In this document: in pieces, positions 1 to 8,594 of the stretch
Position numbering within the stretch: the stretch's first letter is position 1
How the letters are laid out: every line of letters starts with the position of its first letter
DNA from: an uncultured Bacilli bacterium
Lineage (GTDB): Bacteria > Bacillota_I > Bacilli_A > RF39 > UBA660
Length of the DNA stretch: 31,606 bases
Assembly: GCA_947630205.1 (NCBI GenBank)
Contig: CANRGW010000001.1
Coordinates: forward strand, 1-31,606
Direction: 5' to 3'
Notes under the pieces: model-generated
What the model was told of the DNA's origin: nothing
Databases searched by the model: none
What the model saw: only the letters and a program-made list of their open reading frames with translations
Made by a program: the position numbers and the translations under genes

Positions 1-131
1 TCCTTATATCATTAATTTCCTTTGTACACTTTAATCTTATCATATAAAATTACATATTTCTACAATTTAACACTTTTTTGACAAAAATATCTTAAAAAAA
101 GTACAATATGGATTTTTTTCAATATGTACTT

Positions 132-1625
132 TTATTTTTTATTTATATCATCAATAGTAACTTTACTTTCATGGGGAATTGGTTTCCATTCAACCTTTTT
201 AAATAAAGCAATATAAGTAGTATACATACCAATTAAATCAAAAATTGGCCAGGTAAAACAAAATAAAACTTTTTTCGAAAAAGGAATTTTTTTAATTCTT
301 TTACGTTCAATTATAAAAATATAAACGGCTTGGAAAATATTTTCTAAATAACTACCAATACGGTAGAAAATTCTTGCCCAAATAGCAATAAGTAAAGCAC
401 CAAAGAAAGCATGAAAGCCAGGAGCAATATTAATTCTAAAATTAAAAATTAATCTTAAGAACTTTGCTAAATAAGTTCCTCCTCCAAAGAAATTAATACT
501 TTTTAAACCAAATACATAAGCATTAAAAGAATAAAGAATTAAAGTTACTAAAATCCAACGAGCCAAATTAATAACTGTAAAAGGAATTGTTAACATTAAC
601 ATATCAAAAGATGCAAAACGATGTCTTATAGACTCAACAACAGAAAGAAGAAATTCTTTAAATGTCTTCTTTTTCTTTTTTTCTTTATCTTTATCTTTAT
701 TTTTAATTAAAGCCTTACCAAGAAAGATATTTAAAAATAACTTAGGACCTGTTTCAGCAAAGGCTAATAAATGTCCTTTAGACCAACGAAGTCGTTGTCT
801 TAAAGCAATCTTTAAATCGGTTGGTTGTTCATCATAAAATATGGCTTCATCTTGATAGGTTATTCGATAACCAAGAGCAACAGCATCAACGGTAAAAGCT
901 CTATCTTCAGTTAAAGAAGTATATTTCCAACCATCTTTTACTAGTTCAGAAGCAAACAAAAAACCTGTTCCTTGAATATTTGTTGCAAGTCGTAAAATTG
1001 ACCTTGCTCGATGATCTGTTCTAATTGACCTTAACCAGTGAATAGCATAAGTAGAAGATATCCAGTTTTCATCAAAGTTTTTGGAATGTCTATAAGATGT
1101 AATAATTTTTTCTCCTGATGCAAACGCATTATTCATTTTACTTACATAATCACTTTTTAAAAGGTTATCAGCATCAAAGATAAAATAACCATCAAAAGAT
1201 AATCTACCATAATCTTCCCCTATTCTATCCATTAAAAATTGTAAAGCAAAACCTTTTGTTTTATGCAAGTCATCAAATCTTTCATAACAAATTGCCCCAT
1301 GATCTCTCGCAATCTGAGCAGTTTTATCTGTACAATTATCAGCAATAACAAAGGTAGTTATTAAATCACTAGGATAATCTTGTTTTTTAATACTATCAAG
1401 TAAATTACCAATAACTTTTTCTTCATTACGGGCTGCTATTAAAATACCATATTTATATTTTTTCTTAGCTTCTTTAAATTTTCTCGTTGCAACCATTCCC
1501 ATTATAAAATAAATACTTTTATATGCAAATAAAATTGTAATAACGGTTCCAATCGTATTATTTATATTTCTAACACTCGGATAAATACTTGCAATATTTT
1601 TAAATAAATAATCTAAAAACGACAT
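132..1625 (-). CDS. Processive membrane glycosyltransferase family 2 (cellulose synthase/IcaA-like)
   Basis: GT-A motifs ARNEE, ADNCTD, FDAD, TED and QRLRW (QxxRW); N- and C-terminal hydrophobic segments. RBS GAGGT lies 6 nt before the ATG at 1625 (the track's TTG at 1628 is one codon upstream). Confidence 0.85.
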   Translation of the reverse strand: MSFLDYLFKNIASIYPSVRNINNTIGTVITILFAYKSIYFIMGMVATRKFKEAKKKYKYGILIAARNEEKVIGNLLDSIKKQDYPSDLITTFVIADNCTDKTAQIARDHGAICYERFDDLHKTKGFALQFLMDRIGEDYGRLSFDGYFIFDADNLLKSDYVSKMNNAFASGEKIITSYRHSKNFDENWISSTYAIHWLRSIRTDHRARSILRLATNIQGTGFLFASELVKDGWKYTSLTEDRAFTVDAVALGYRITYQDEAIFYDEQPTDLKIALRQRLRWSKGHLLAFAETGPKLFLNIFLGKALIKNKDKDKEKKKKKTFKEFLLSVVESIRHRFASFDMLMLTIPFTVINLARWILVTLILYSFNAYVFGLKSINFFGGGTYLAKFLRLIFNFRINIAPGFHAFFGALLIAIWARIFYRIGSYLENIFQAVYIFIIERKRIKKIPFSKKVLFCFTWPIFDLIGMYTTYIALFKKVEWKPIPHESKVTIDDINKK

Positions 1626-1651
1626 CAAATTACCTCATTTCTAACATAAAG

Positions 1652-1680
1652 ATTATAGCATACTCTATTTTCTTTAGCAA
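1652..1680 (-). promoter_or_regulatory. SigmaA promoter of the GT2 gene
   Basis: TTGCTA (1680-1675), 17 bp, TATAAT (1657-1652), with extended TG. Confidence 0.8.
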
Positions 1681-1875
1681 TCAAAAAGATTTAGAAAAAG
1701 TTTCTATAAAAGAAAAAAGTTATCAAAAACTTTTAAATTTTTAATAACTAATAATTATTCAACTTCAATAGAAGTTATCATTTTGCAAATTTATTTTAAA
1801 AAAAATCTTTACTTGGTTCTAAACAAACAAAATAAAATAATAAATATTAAAATATTATCTTTATTCTAAATTAAT

Positions 1876-1910
1876 AAAAAAGAAGAAATTTTGTTATTTT
1901 TCTTCTTTTT
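1876..1910 (-). terminator. Probable intrinsic terminator overlapping the ftsH stop
   Basis: Minus strand AAAAAGAAGAAA...TTTCTTCTTTTTT inverted repeat; weak, GC-poor stem. Confidence 0.5.
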
Positions 1911-3915
1911 CTTCATCTTTTAAATCCGTTGCATCCGTTGGTTCTATATCATTTGCTTCAAGTAATCTAATTAATTCATCCTTACTTAGTTTAGAATATC
2001 CTTTAATATTTTTATCTTTAGCTAAATCTTTTAATTCATCTAAAGTCATATCTTCAAAAGTTGTATCTTCTGGTAATTCTTTATGTTCTACTAAATATTC
2101 GATTTGTTCTTTTGTTAAAGTTTCTCTTTCAAGTAAAGCATTAGCAATTAATTTTACTAAATCAGCATTGGCTTTTAATATTTCGGTTGCTTTTTGATAA
2201 CATTCTCCAACTATTTTTCTTATTTCTTCATCTATTTCATGAGCAACAATATCAGAGAAGTTACGACTCTTATTATAATCACGCCCTAAGAAAACACCTT
2301 CTGATTGATGTTCTAATTGAACTGGTCCTAAATCACTCATACCATATTCTGTAACCATTGCTCTTGCGATTTTGGTTGCTTTTTCAAAGTCATTATGAGC
2401 ACCCGTTGTAATTTCTCCAAAGTTTAACTCTTCCGATACACGACCTCCAAGTAAACCTGTAATTTGCTCCAATAATTCTCTTTTTGTTTGGGTATATTTT
2501 TCTTCTTTTGGAACCATCATAGCATAACCACCAGCATAACTTCTTGGAATGATGGTAACTTTTTGAACAATATTAGCAGAATTTAATTTTAATCCTAAAA
2601 CAACATGTCCAGCCTCATGATATGAAACAAGTCTTTTTTCCATTCTCTTCTCTTCATCTGTATATTTTTTACTCTTTTTAGCAGGTCCCATTAAAACTCT
2701 ATCAGTTGCTTCATCTACTTCACTCATTGTAATAGCATCCTTATTTCTGCGAACAGCTAGTAAAGCCGCTTCATTTAATAAGTTCTCAAGGTCAGCCCCA
2801 GAAAAACCTGGAGTTCTTTTGGCTAAATTACTTAAAGTTACATTTTTATCTAAAATCTTATTACGAGCATGAACTTCTAATATTTCTTCACGAGCCTTTA
2901 CATCTGGTAAATTAACGGTTACTTGACGGTCAAATCTTCCTGGTCTTAATAAAGCAGGATCTAAAACATCTGCTCTATTAGTTGCCGCTATAATGATAAT
3001 TCCTTCATTAGCCCCAAAACCATCCATTTCCGTTAACAATTGATTTAAGGTTTGTTCACGTTCATCATGACCTCCACCTAAACCAGTTCCTCTTTGACGA
3101 CCAACAGCATCAATTTCATCAATGAATATTAAACAAGGAGCATTATGTTTTGCTTGTCTAAACATATCACGAACACGACTAGCACCTACACCAACAAATA
3201 ATTCTACAAAGTCAGAACCACTTATATAATAGAAAGGTACATTTGCTTCCCCAGCAACGGCTCTAGCAAGTAAAGTTTTACCAGTTCCTGGAGGACCTAC
3301 TAATAATACACCCTTAGGAATTCTTGCTCCAAGTTTTTGAAATTTCTTAGGATTTTTCAAAAAATCTATTAATTCTTTTAATTCTTCTTTTTCTTCCTTA
3401 AGTCCTGCTACTTCATTAAATGTAACTTTCTTTTGACTATCATCTAATTTAGCACGACTTTTTCCAAAATCAAACGATTTATTATTACCACCAACTTGTT
3501 TAGAAACAATGAAAAACATTAAGACACCAATAATGATAAGTGGTAAGAAATTTAAAATAACAACAATCCACATACTACCATTTGGATCACCTTTAGTATT
3601 AATTTCAAAATCATATTTTTCATTAGCCGTTGCAATATATTTCATTACTTCTTCTGATAAAGGTACTTGAACATGAAAACTTTCTTTTTCAGAATAATCT
3701 TTTAATTGTCCACTTATATCATATATTCCTTCATCAATACTAGGAACAATTGTTATTTCCTTTACTTCATTATTATTCAAACTAGCAACAAACTTATCAT
3801 ATGTTAATTCATTTACTTTAACATTTAAAACATTAAAAAAGTAAATTACAGCTAGCATTATTACAATTAAAACTACATAAGGTATTATACCTTTTCTTAT
3901 ATCTTTTTTATTCAT
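1894..3915 (-). CDS. ftsH: ATP-dependent zinc metalloprotease FtsH with a C-terminal Rho_N-like extension
   Basis: Two N-terminal TM segments; Walker A GPPGTGKT; Walker B IFIDEID; [13 protein letters not shown]; zinc motif HEAGH. Confidence 0.98.
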   Translation of the reverse strand: MNKKDIRKGIIPYVVLIVIMLAVIYFFNVLNVKVNELTYDKFVASLNNNEVKEITIVPSIDEGIYDISGQLKDYSEKESFHVQVPLSEEVMKYIATANEKYDFEINTKGDPNGSMWIVVILNFLPLIIIGVLMFFIVSKQVGGNNKSFDFGKSRAKLDDSQKKVTFNEVAGLKEEKEELKELIDFLKNPKKFQKLGARIPKGVLLVGPPGTGKTLLARAVAGEANVPFYYISGSDFVELFVGVGASRVRDMFRQAKHNAPCLIFIDEIDAVGRQRGTGLGGGHDEREQTLNQLLTEMDGFGANEGIIIIAATNRADVLDPALLRPGRFDRQVTVNLPDVKAREEILEVHARNKILDKNVTLSNLAKRTPGFSGADLENLLNEAALLAVRRNKDAITMSEVDEATDRVLMGPAKKSKKYTDEEKRMEKRLVSYHEAGHVVLGLKLNSANIVQKVTIIPRSYAGGYAMMVPKEEKYTQTKRELLEQITGLLGGRVSEELNFGEITTGAHNDFEKATKIARAMVTEYGMSDLGPVQLEHQSEGVFLGRDYNKSRNFSDIVAHEIDEEIRKIVGECYQKATEILKANADLVKLIANALLERETLTKEQIEYLVEHKELPEDTTFEDMTLDELKDLAKDKNIKGYSKLSKDELIRLLEANDIEPTDATDLKDEEKEEK

Positions 3916-3927
3916 TAAAATCTCTCC

Positions 3928-5247
3928 TTACAAACATTTAAATATTATATCACATAATTCATGATTTTGACTATCATATTTTGATTTTTTTAATTTAGGT
4001 ATCCAAATAATTTTTCCACTACTATCTACTACTATAGGATAACTATCTCTTTTATCACGACTTAACTTCTTATCAATAAAAATATCACTTACTTTTTTAA
4101 ATTTATTCATTCCTTTTAATTCTATAGCATCTCCTACTTTTTTACTTCTAACATAAAGTGGTAAATCTATATCAGAACTTATTAAATGAATTACATCATT
4201 ACCATTTTCTTTACCGTGATATTCTTGAAAAGTCATTCCATTAGGAAGTTTTAAACCATCTTCTAAAAGATAACAATAATTACTATCTAAATTATTCGAT
4301 TTTTCTAAAAGAAAATAACCATAATCAATTTTTGCTATAATCCCCAAAGGAAGACTTATTTTACTACCACTTTTATTCTTTCTAATAAGATTTAAAAGAA
4401 TATCAATATGTTTACTTTCAACAAAAGATAAATCATCATAAAAATTTAATAATATTTTTTCTAATAACATTTTTTGAAGAAAAATATCTTCTTCTTTAAA
4501 CAAGGAAATATCAAGTTTAGCATCTTGATAAATATTATTATAAGCATTATTTAGAACTTTTTCAATATAATTATCACATTCCGTAAGCATAGCACTAAAT
4601 TTCAAAAACTTTAAATGAACATTCTTATTTTCTTCTTTTAAAAAAGGTAAAACATTATGTCGGTAACGATTTCTTGTATATTTATTGGAAAAATTACTTT
4701 GATCAATTCGATAAGGAATATTATTAGCTTTATTAAAATTTTCTATTTCTTCTTTAGTTACATATAATAAAGGTCTTACAATAAAATAATTATCCATATT
4801 TGTAATTAAAGAAATACCTTTATAGCCACTTAAAGTTGAACCGCGAACTAAACGCATTAAAATAGTTTCAATCAAATCATCGCCGTGATGAGCCGTCATT
4901 AAATAAGCAGCCTGATATTTATTAATTAAATCTTGATAAAACTTATAACGAATTTCTCTTGCTTCTTTATGAAAATTACCTGTTCCATATTTTTCAATCC
5001 GCATACTTTCAAAAGAACAATTATGATTTAAACAGTATTCTTTTAAAAAACTTTCTTCTTCCTTACTTTCTTCTCTTTTTTGATGATTAATATGAGCAAC
5101 TATAATTTTATAGCCTATCTTTTTTTGTAATTCTAAAAGTAGATACAAAAGACACATAGAGTCTGGTCCTGCACTTACACCAACAACTATGCTATCTTCT
5201 TTAGTTAATTTAATTTTATTTTCTAAAAAATCGTATACTAAATCCAT
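3928..5247 (-). CDS. tilS: tRNA(Ile)-lysidine synthase
   Basis: PP-loop SAGPDS, TAHHGDD and RPLL motifs; C-terminal TilS_C; canonical position before ftsH. Confidence 0.96.
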   Translation of the reverse strand: MDLVYDFLENKIKLTKEDSIVVGVSAGPDSMCLLYLLLELQKKIGYKIIVAHINHQKREESKEEESFLKEYCLNHNCSFESMRIEKYGTGNFHKEAREIRYKFYQDLINKYQAAYLMTAHHGDDLIETILMRLVRGSTLSGYKGISLITNMDNYFIVRPLLYVTKEEIENFNKANNIPYRIDQSNFSNKYTRNRYRHNVLPFLKEENKNVHLKFLKFSAMLTECDNYIEKVLNNAYNNIYQDAKLDISLFKEEDIFLQKMLLEKILLNFYDDLSFVESKHIDILLNLIRKNKSGSKISLPLGIIAKIDYGYFLLEKSNNLDSNYCYLLEDGLKLPNGMTFQEYHGKENGNDVIHLISSDIDLPLYVRSKKVGDAIELKGMNKFKKVSDIFIDKKLSRDKRDSYPIVVDSSGKIIWIPKLKKSKYDSQNHELCDIIFKCL

Positions 5248-5265
5248 CTCTTCACCTTTTAAAGT

Positions 5266-5294
5266 ATTTTACTAAATTTATATGGTTTTAGCAA
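5266..5294 (-). promoter_or_regulatory. SigmaA promoter of tilS-ftsH
   Basis: TTGCTA (5294-5289), 17 bp, TAAAAT (5271-5266). Confidence 0.7.
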
Positions 5295-5437
5295 GTAGTA
5301 ATTACCTTTTCTTTTAATATTCTTATTTAAAGAAAATATTTTGAATTTAAAGAAAAAAATATCTTTAGATAATCAAACTTTCAAACTTTTGAGGTTCAAT
5401 TCCTTATTGATATTTTTTAGGTTATTATTTATTAAAT

Positions 5438-5614
5438 TTATTTGAATTTTGTTGTATCATTTTCTTTTCTAAAATATGTTTCTGGTACTTTATCATGCAT
5501 ACTTTTATCATAACTAGCAAAAAGAGTGATAATAGGTTCTAAATTTTCTTGAAGTGTTATAACATCATCTTCTATTTGACTATATTCTGAATAAATATAA
5601 TAACATTTCCTTAA
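5438..5614 (-). pseudogene. Possible start-less gene remnant (about 58 codons)
   Basis: Open frame LRKCYYIYSEYSQIEDDVITLQENLEPIITLFASYDKSMHDKVPETYFRKENDTTKFK* directly behind divIC, with no N-terminal start codon. Confidence 0.3.
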
Positions 5615-5925
5615 TTATCTTCCTCTTCATCTTCTGGTATTCTAAGTATTAATTCTCCATCTTTGGAATAAAAATACTTTTCACGGGCATATCGTGCTAA
5701 ATACTCTGGATCTTTTAATTTATTAACATTATTTTCTAATTCTTTTTCCTTTTCCTGCAAGGATACTAATTTATTTTCTAAGTTAGTTTTTTCTTGATAC
5801 TTGTCGACTATTTCAATCACAACTTTAAGGACAGTGAAACTGATTATTACAATCAATAAAAAAGAGGCAAGACCAAAAGTTACTAAACGTTTTGCTTTTT
5901 TCTTTACTTTTTTCTTCTTAGCCAA
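5611..5925 (-). CDS. divIC: Septum formation initiator DivIC/FtsB family
   Basis: Basic N-terminus, one TM helix, coiled coil, LKDPEYLARYAREKY motif; follows yabQ as in Bacillus; TTG start. Confidence 0.92.
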   Translation of the reverse strand: MAKKKKVKKKAKRLVTFGLASFLLIVIISFTVLKVVIEIVDKYQEKTNLENKLVSLQEKEKELENNVNKLKDPEYLARYAREKYFYSKDGELILRIPEDEEEDN

Positions 5926-5948
5926 TTTATCACCATCCTATCATATTA

Positions 5949-5977
5949 ATCATATCAAAAATGGACCCTTATTTCAA
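5949..5977 (-). promoter_or_regulatory. SigmaA promoter of divIC
   Basis: TTGAAA (5977-5972), 17 bp, TATGAT (5954-5949), with extended TG. Confidence 0.7.
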
Positions 5978-5993
5978 GTTAAGTTAAACCTTA

Positions 5994-6011
5994 AAGTGTC
6001 AAATGACACTT
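5994..6011. terminator. Perfect inverted repeat after yabQ (terminator or operator)
   Basis: AAGTGTCA-AA-TGACACTT, 5 nt downstream of the yabQ stop; the U-tract after it is weak. Confidence 0.5.
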
Positions 6012-6016
6012 ATTTT

Positions 6017-6295
6017 TCAACCATTTCCCCGAAGTTTTTTAAATAAAAGGTTATATAAAAAGAAACTTAAGATAAAAGTAAACAATAAATAAAGATGAAT
6101 AATACCGTTATTAACTTTAAATAAAAAATAAAAATACAAAATACTATTTAAAAATACAAAAAAGAAATTAATAAATATATTAATTAAAATATGCTTGGTA
6201 AATAAAATTCTATATAATAAATTAAAAAAGAAAGCAAGATAAAGTCCAAATAAAAAAGTATAAGCAAGGGATTGTATTTGAATTATTAAACTCAT
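6017..6295 (-). CDS. yabQ: Spore cortex biosynthesis protein YabQ family (short form)
   Basis: 92-aa, very hydrophobic protein with Q..F / NNG.IHLY pattern; start overlaps the yabP stop (ATGA); yabP-yabQ-divIC synteny. Confidence 0.75.
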   Translation of the reverse strand: MSLIIQIQSLAYTFLFGLYLAFFFNLLYRILFTKHILINIFINFFFVFLNSILYFYFLFKVNNGIIHLYLLFTFILSFFLYNLLFKKLRGNG

Positions 6296-6582
6296 TTAAA
6301 TAACCTACTTATAACAGAATTTTCTTTATTTTTTTTATTTACTTCATCAATATAAGCCATACTATTAACCATACCTTTAATGGTTACAACACCTTGTAAA
6401 GTATCAAGTTTAATTAATTCTAGCCCTTCTCCCTTTAAAACAACATATCCCATAACTGTTTCAATTAAAAATTCTTCACTATCAAAACTATCAATTTTTT
6501 TAACTCCACTTAAACTAACATTTTTTCTTTCAACTAAATTGAAAACATGATTGTAATTATGTAATTCTCTTTCTCTTTCCAT
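6292..6582 (-). CDS. yabP: Sporulation protein YabP
   Basis: RKNVSLSGVKKIDSFD...ETVMG...KGEGL motif. RBS GGAGG places the start at ATG 6582 rather than 6594. Confidence 0.9.
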   Translation of the reverse strand: MERERELHNYNHVFNLVERKNVSLSGVKKIDSFDSEEFLIETVMGYVVLKGEGLELIKLDTLQGVVTIKGMVNSMAYIDEVNKKNKENSVISRLFK

Positions 6583-6614
6583 ATAAGCCTCCAATTAAGT
6601 TTATTAATTAAATT

Positions 6615-6636
6615 AAAAAAAAGACCATTGGTCTTT
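6615..6636 (-). terminator. Intrinsic terminator of spoVG
   Basis: AAAGACC-AAT-GGTCTTT followed by a T-run on the minus strand; overlaps the stop codon. Confidence 0.8.
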
Positions 6637-6922
6637 ATTCTTCTTCTTCAGTATTCGTTGGTTCTTCTACTTCAGCATGTTCGTAAGCTTCTAAGACAGC
6701 ATCTTCAAACATCTTTCTTGTTTCACGATTAATTGGATGTGCTATATCTCTATGACCACCTGGTACTTTCTTACTTGGCATTGCAATAAATAAACCATTG
6801 TCTCCGTCAATAATACGAATATCGCGAACTACAAAACAGTCATCTAATTGTACTGTAGCACGTCCTTTCATACGAGATCCTTCTTTTTCAAATCTTCTGA
6901 CATCTACTGATGTTATTTTCAT
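6635..6922 (-). CDS. spoVG: Septation/sporulation regulator SpoVG
   Basis: MKITSVDVR, FVVRDIRII, GLFIAMPS and RDIAHPIN motifs; RBS AAGGAGG. Confidence 0.96.
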   Translation of the reverse strand: MKITSVDVRRFEKEGSRMKGRATVQLDDCFVVRDIRIIDGDNGLFIAMPSKKVPGGHRDIAHPINRETRKMFEDAVLEAYEHAEVEEPTNTEEEE

Positions 6923-6958
6923 ATGTAATCCTCCTTTTGAACTCCATGTTCTATAATA

Positions 6959-6987
6959 ATAATATAATAGTTTTTAAAAAAATGCAA
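6959..6987 (-). promoter_or_regulatory. SigmaA-like promoter of spoVG
   Basis: TTGCAT (6987-6982), 17 bp, TATTAT (6964-6959). Confidence 0.55.
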
Positions 6988-7028
6988 TTACTTTTTGTAA
7001 AAAATTGACAATATAATTTAATGACAAT

Positions 7029-7063
7029 TAAAAAAGTTTAAACACTATTTGCATTCAAACTTT
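7029..7063 (-). terminator. Intrinsic terminator of the WXG100 pair
   Basis: AAAGUUUGAAUGC-AAAUA-GUGUUUAAACUUU, a 13-bp stem with 3 G-U pairs, followed by UUU. Confidence 0.7.
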
Positions 7064-7078
7064 AATTAACTGAATTTA

Positions 7079-7390
7079 TTATTCATCCAAATATTGTTGA
7101 GCCAAATTTGCAATTTCGGTATTTGTTTCAGCATAAGTTTCAGATGTCTTATTTAAAAACTTAGCATAAGCAAGCATTGCTCCTTCAAAAGCATCATATC
7201 TTTTAGTTAAAGCTTGATACTTATCCATGAACTCTGAAGCTGCTGTTCCCTTAAAACTATCTGGTAATTTTTGCATTTGTAAAGATATTATATCTAATGC
7301 CGAACTTATTTCAGATACCTTTCTTTCAATTTGTGTTGAACTTGTTTTTAACGCTTGTGGTGATACTTTTAATTCTTCTGGTGCTGCCAT
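7079..7390 (-). CDS. WXG100 (ESAT-6/CFP-10-like) family protein with an FxG variant motif
   Basis: 103 aa, helix-turn-helix hairpin pattern with central SFKG-AA at the WxG position; N-terminal LKVSPQAL; RBS AAGGAGG overlaps the upstream stop. Confidence 0.8.
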   Translation of the reverse strand: MAAPEELKVSPQALKTSSTQIERKVSEISSALDIISLQMQKLPDSFKGTAASEFMDKYQALTKRYDAFEGAMLAYAKFLNKTSETYAETNTEIANLAQQYLDE

Positions 7391-7402
7391 CTTTTTCCCT
7401 CC

Positions 7403-7699
7403 TTACATTCTACTTGCCGCATCGGCTATATCATCTTGTGTTCCTTTAATAGCATCAGCTGAAGCAGTTAAAAATTTAGAATAATTATCTAATGCTTTTC
7501 CTAATGCTAATAAATCTTCTTGATAAGATTTTGCGGTGTTAACATATGATAAATTATCAACACCTTGCCAATTGGTTTCTAGATCCTCAATTATTTTATA
7601 GATATCTTCAACACCACGTGAATAATCTTCTGCTGAACTTGCTACTTTAGTAGCTATACCGTGCATTTCGGCATAATTTGCTTGAATGTTATCATTCAT
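7403..7699 (-). CDS. WXG100 family type VII secretion substrate
   Basis: 98 aa with central NWQG (WxG) and amphipathic helices on both sides; RBS AGGAGGTG. Confidence 0.88.
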   Translation of the reverse strand: MNDNIQANYAEMHGIATKVASSAEDYSRGVEDIYKIIEDLETNWQGVDNLSYVNTAKSYQEDLLALGKALDNYSKFLTASADAIKGTQDDIADAASRM

Positions 7700-7720
7700 T
7701 CTATGACACCTCCTATTTTC

Positions 7721-7754
7721 ATTATAACTTAATTTTTCTATTAATCAATAGCAA
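7721..7754 (-). promoter_or_regulatory. Probable sigmaA promoter of the WXG100 pair
   Basis: Perfect TATAAT (7726-7721) with TTGATT 16 bp upstream; an alternative is TTGCTA (7754-7749), 17 bp, TAAGTT. Confidence 0.5.
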
Positions 7755-7790
7755 AGACAGTTTATTGACATTTTATTTAGAACGTTATTT

Positions 7791-8504
7791 CTAACCTCCA
7801 AATACTTCAGCATTATCGCTCGCTTCAACTTTTACTTTCAAACTATAATATGTCTTGCTATAAACAGGCTTTTTACTAACACATGTAGAACCATCGTCTT
7901 TTCCTTCAGTTGCTGCAGAATCAGCACTAGCACAATAATCTGCATCTGATTCACTATCAGAAATCTTTACGGTATCATTTACCCACATTTGTAATTCGTA
8001 TTCATGAGTAACATTTTGACCTGGTTGAATTGTTGAAGTTGCTAATAGGAAGCCTGTTTCACTAGAACCAGCAATTGCTCCTCCATTAGTATCTTTATAT
8101 GGAGATTCAAGTGTAACTGCGGCTCCAGCTGTTGTTGTAAGATGTAAACTTATATCACCATCTGCCATTCTTGTAAAGCCTTGAGATTCTTTAGATGTAT
8201 CACCCTTAATACCATATACCTTATAAGTAACTGCACCTACAGTTGAAGGAATATTAGCCTTAACAGTAAATTTGAATTTAGAGGCGGTTGCTATAGCACT
8301 CGCAGCATCTTGTGGAAATTGATTTGATAAAGACAATGCTGACTCATTAGAATAAGTAAAATCAACTTTACCTGTTTTAATTACGTTGTTAGTAGTACCA
8401 TTTTTAGCATAACTGAAGAATGCGAAAGATACACTAAATACTGTAACTATTAATAAAACAAGACCTACAATTATAAAGACTGTTTGTTTTGAACGATTTT
8501 TCAA
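7791..8504 (-). CDS. Secreted TasA/camelysin-like protein with a SipW-type signal peptide
   Basis: Basic n-region, hydrophobic h-region, then SFA|FF and N..KTGKVDF (compare TasA WA|AF...SGTLDL); beta-rich Ser/Thr/Ala mature part. TTG at 8504 fits the RBS AGGTG better than GTG at 8513. Confidence 0.6.
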   Translation of the reverse strand: MKNRSKQTVFIIVGLVLLIVTVFSVSFAFFSYAKNGTTNNVIKTGKVDFTYSNESALSLSNQFPQDAASAIATASKFKFTVKANIPSTVGAVTYKVYGIKGDTSKESQGFTRMADGDISLHLTTTAGAAVTLESPYKDTNGGAIAGSSETGFLLATSTIQPGQNVTHEYELQMWVNDTVKISDSESDADYCASADSAATEGKDDGSTCVSKKPVYSKTYYSLKVKVEASDNAEVFGG

Positions 8505-8529
8505 ATTAGTCACCTACCTTATACATAAA

Positions 8530-8558
8530 ATATTAACATATTTTTTTCTCATTGACAA
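8530..8558 (-). promoter_or_regulatory. SigmaA promoter of the TasA-like gene
   Basis: TTGTCA (8558-8553), 17 bp, TAATAT (8535-8530), with extended TG. Confidence 0.6.
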
Positions 8559-8594
8559 CATTTTTTCAATCATTGTCATTAACTTTACATTTTT

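Noticed and set aside
5390-5406. tRNA T-arm look-alike TGAGG-TTCAATT-CCTTA
   Set aside because: No D arm, anticodon arm or correctly spaced acceptor stem; not a tRNA.
6015-6019. TGA read as Trp (Mollicute code 4) to extend yabQ
   Set aside because: Conserved Trp positions I checked use TGG, and TGA ends yabP and yabB at normal lengths with coupled downstream starts.
6598-6626. SigmaE-like promoter for yabP
   Set aside because: The -10-like AATAAACT has no correctly spaced -35, and the region is explained by the spoVG terminator.
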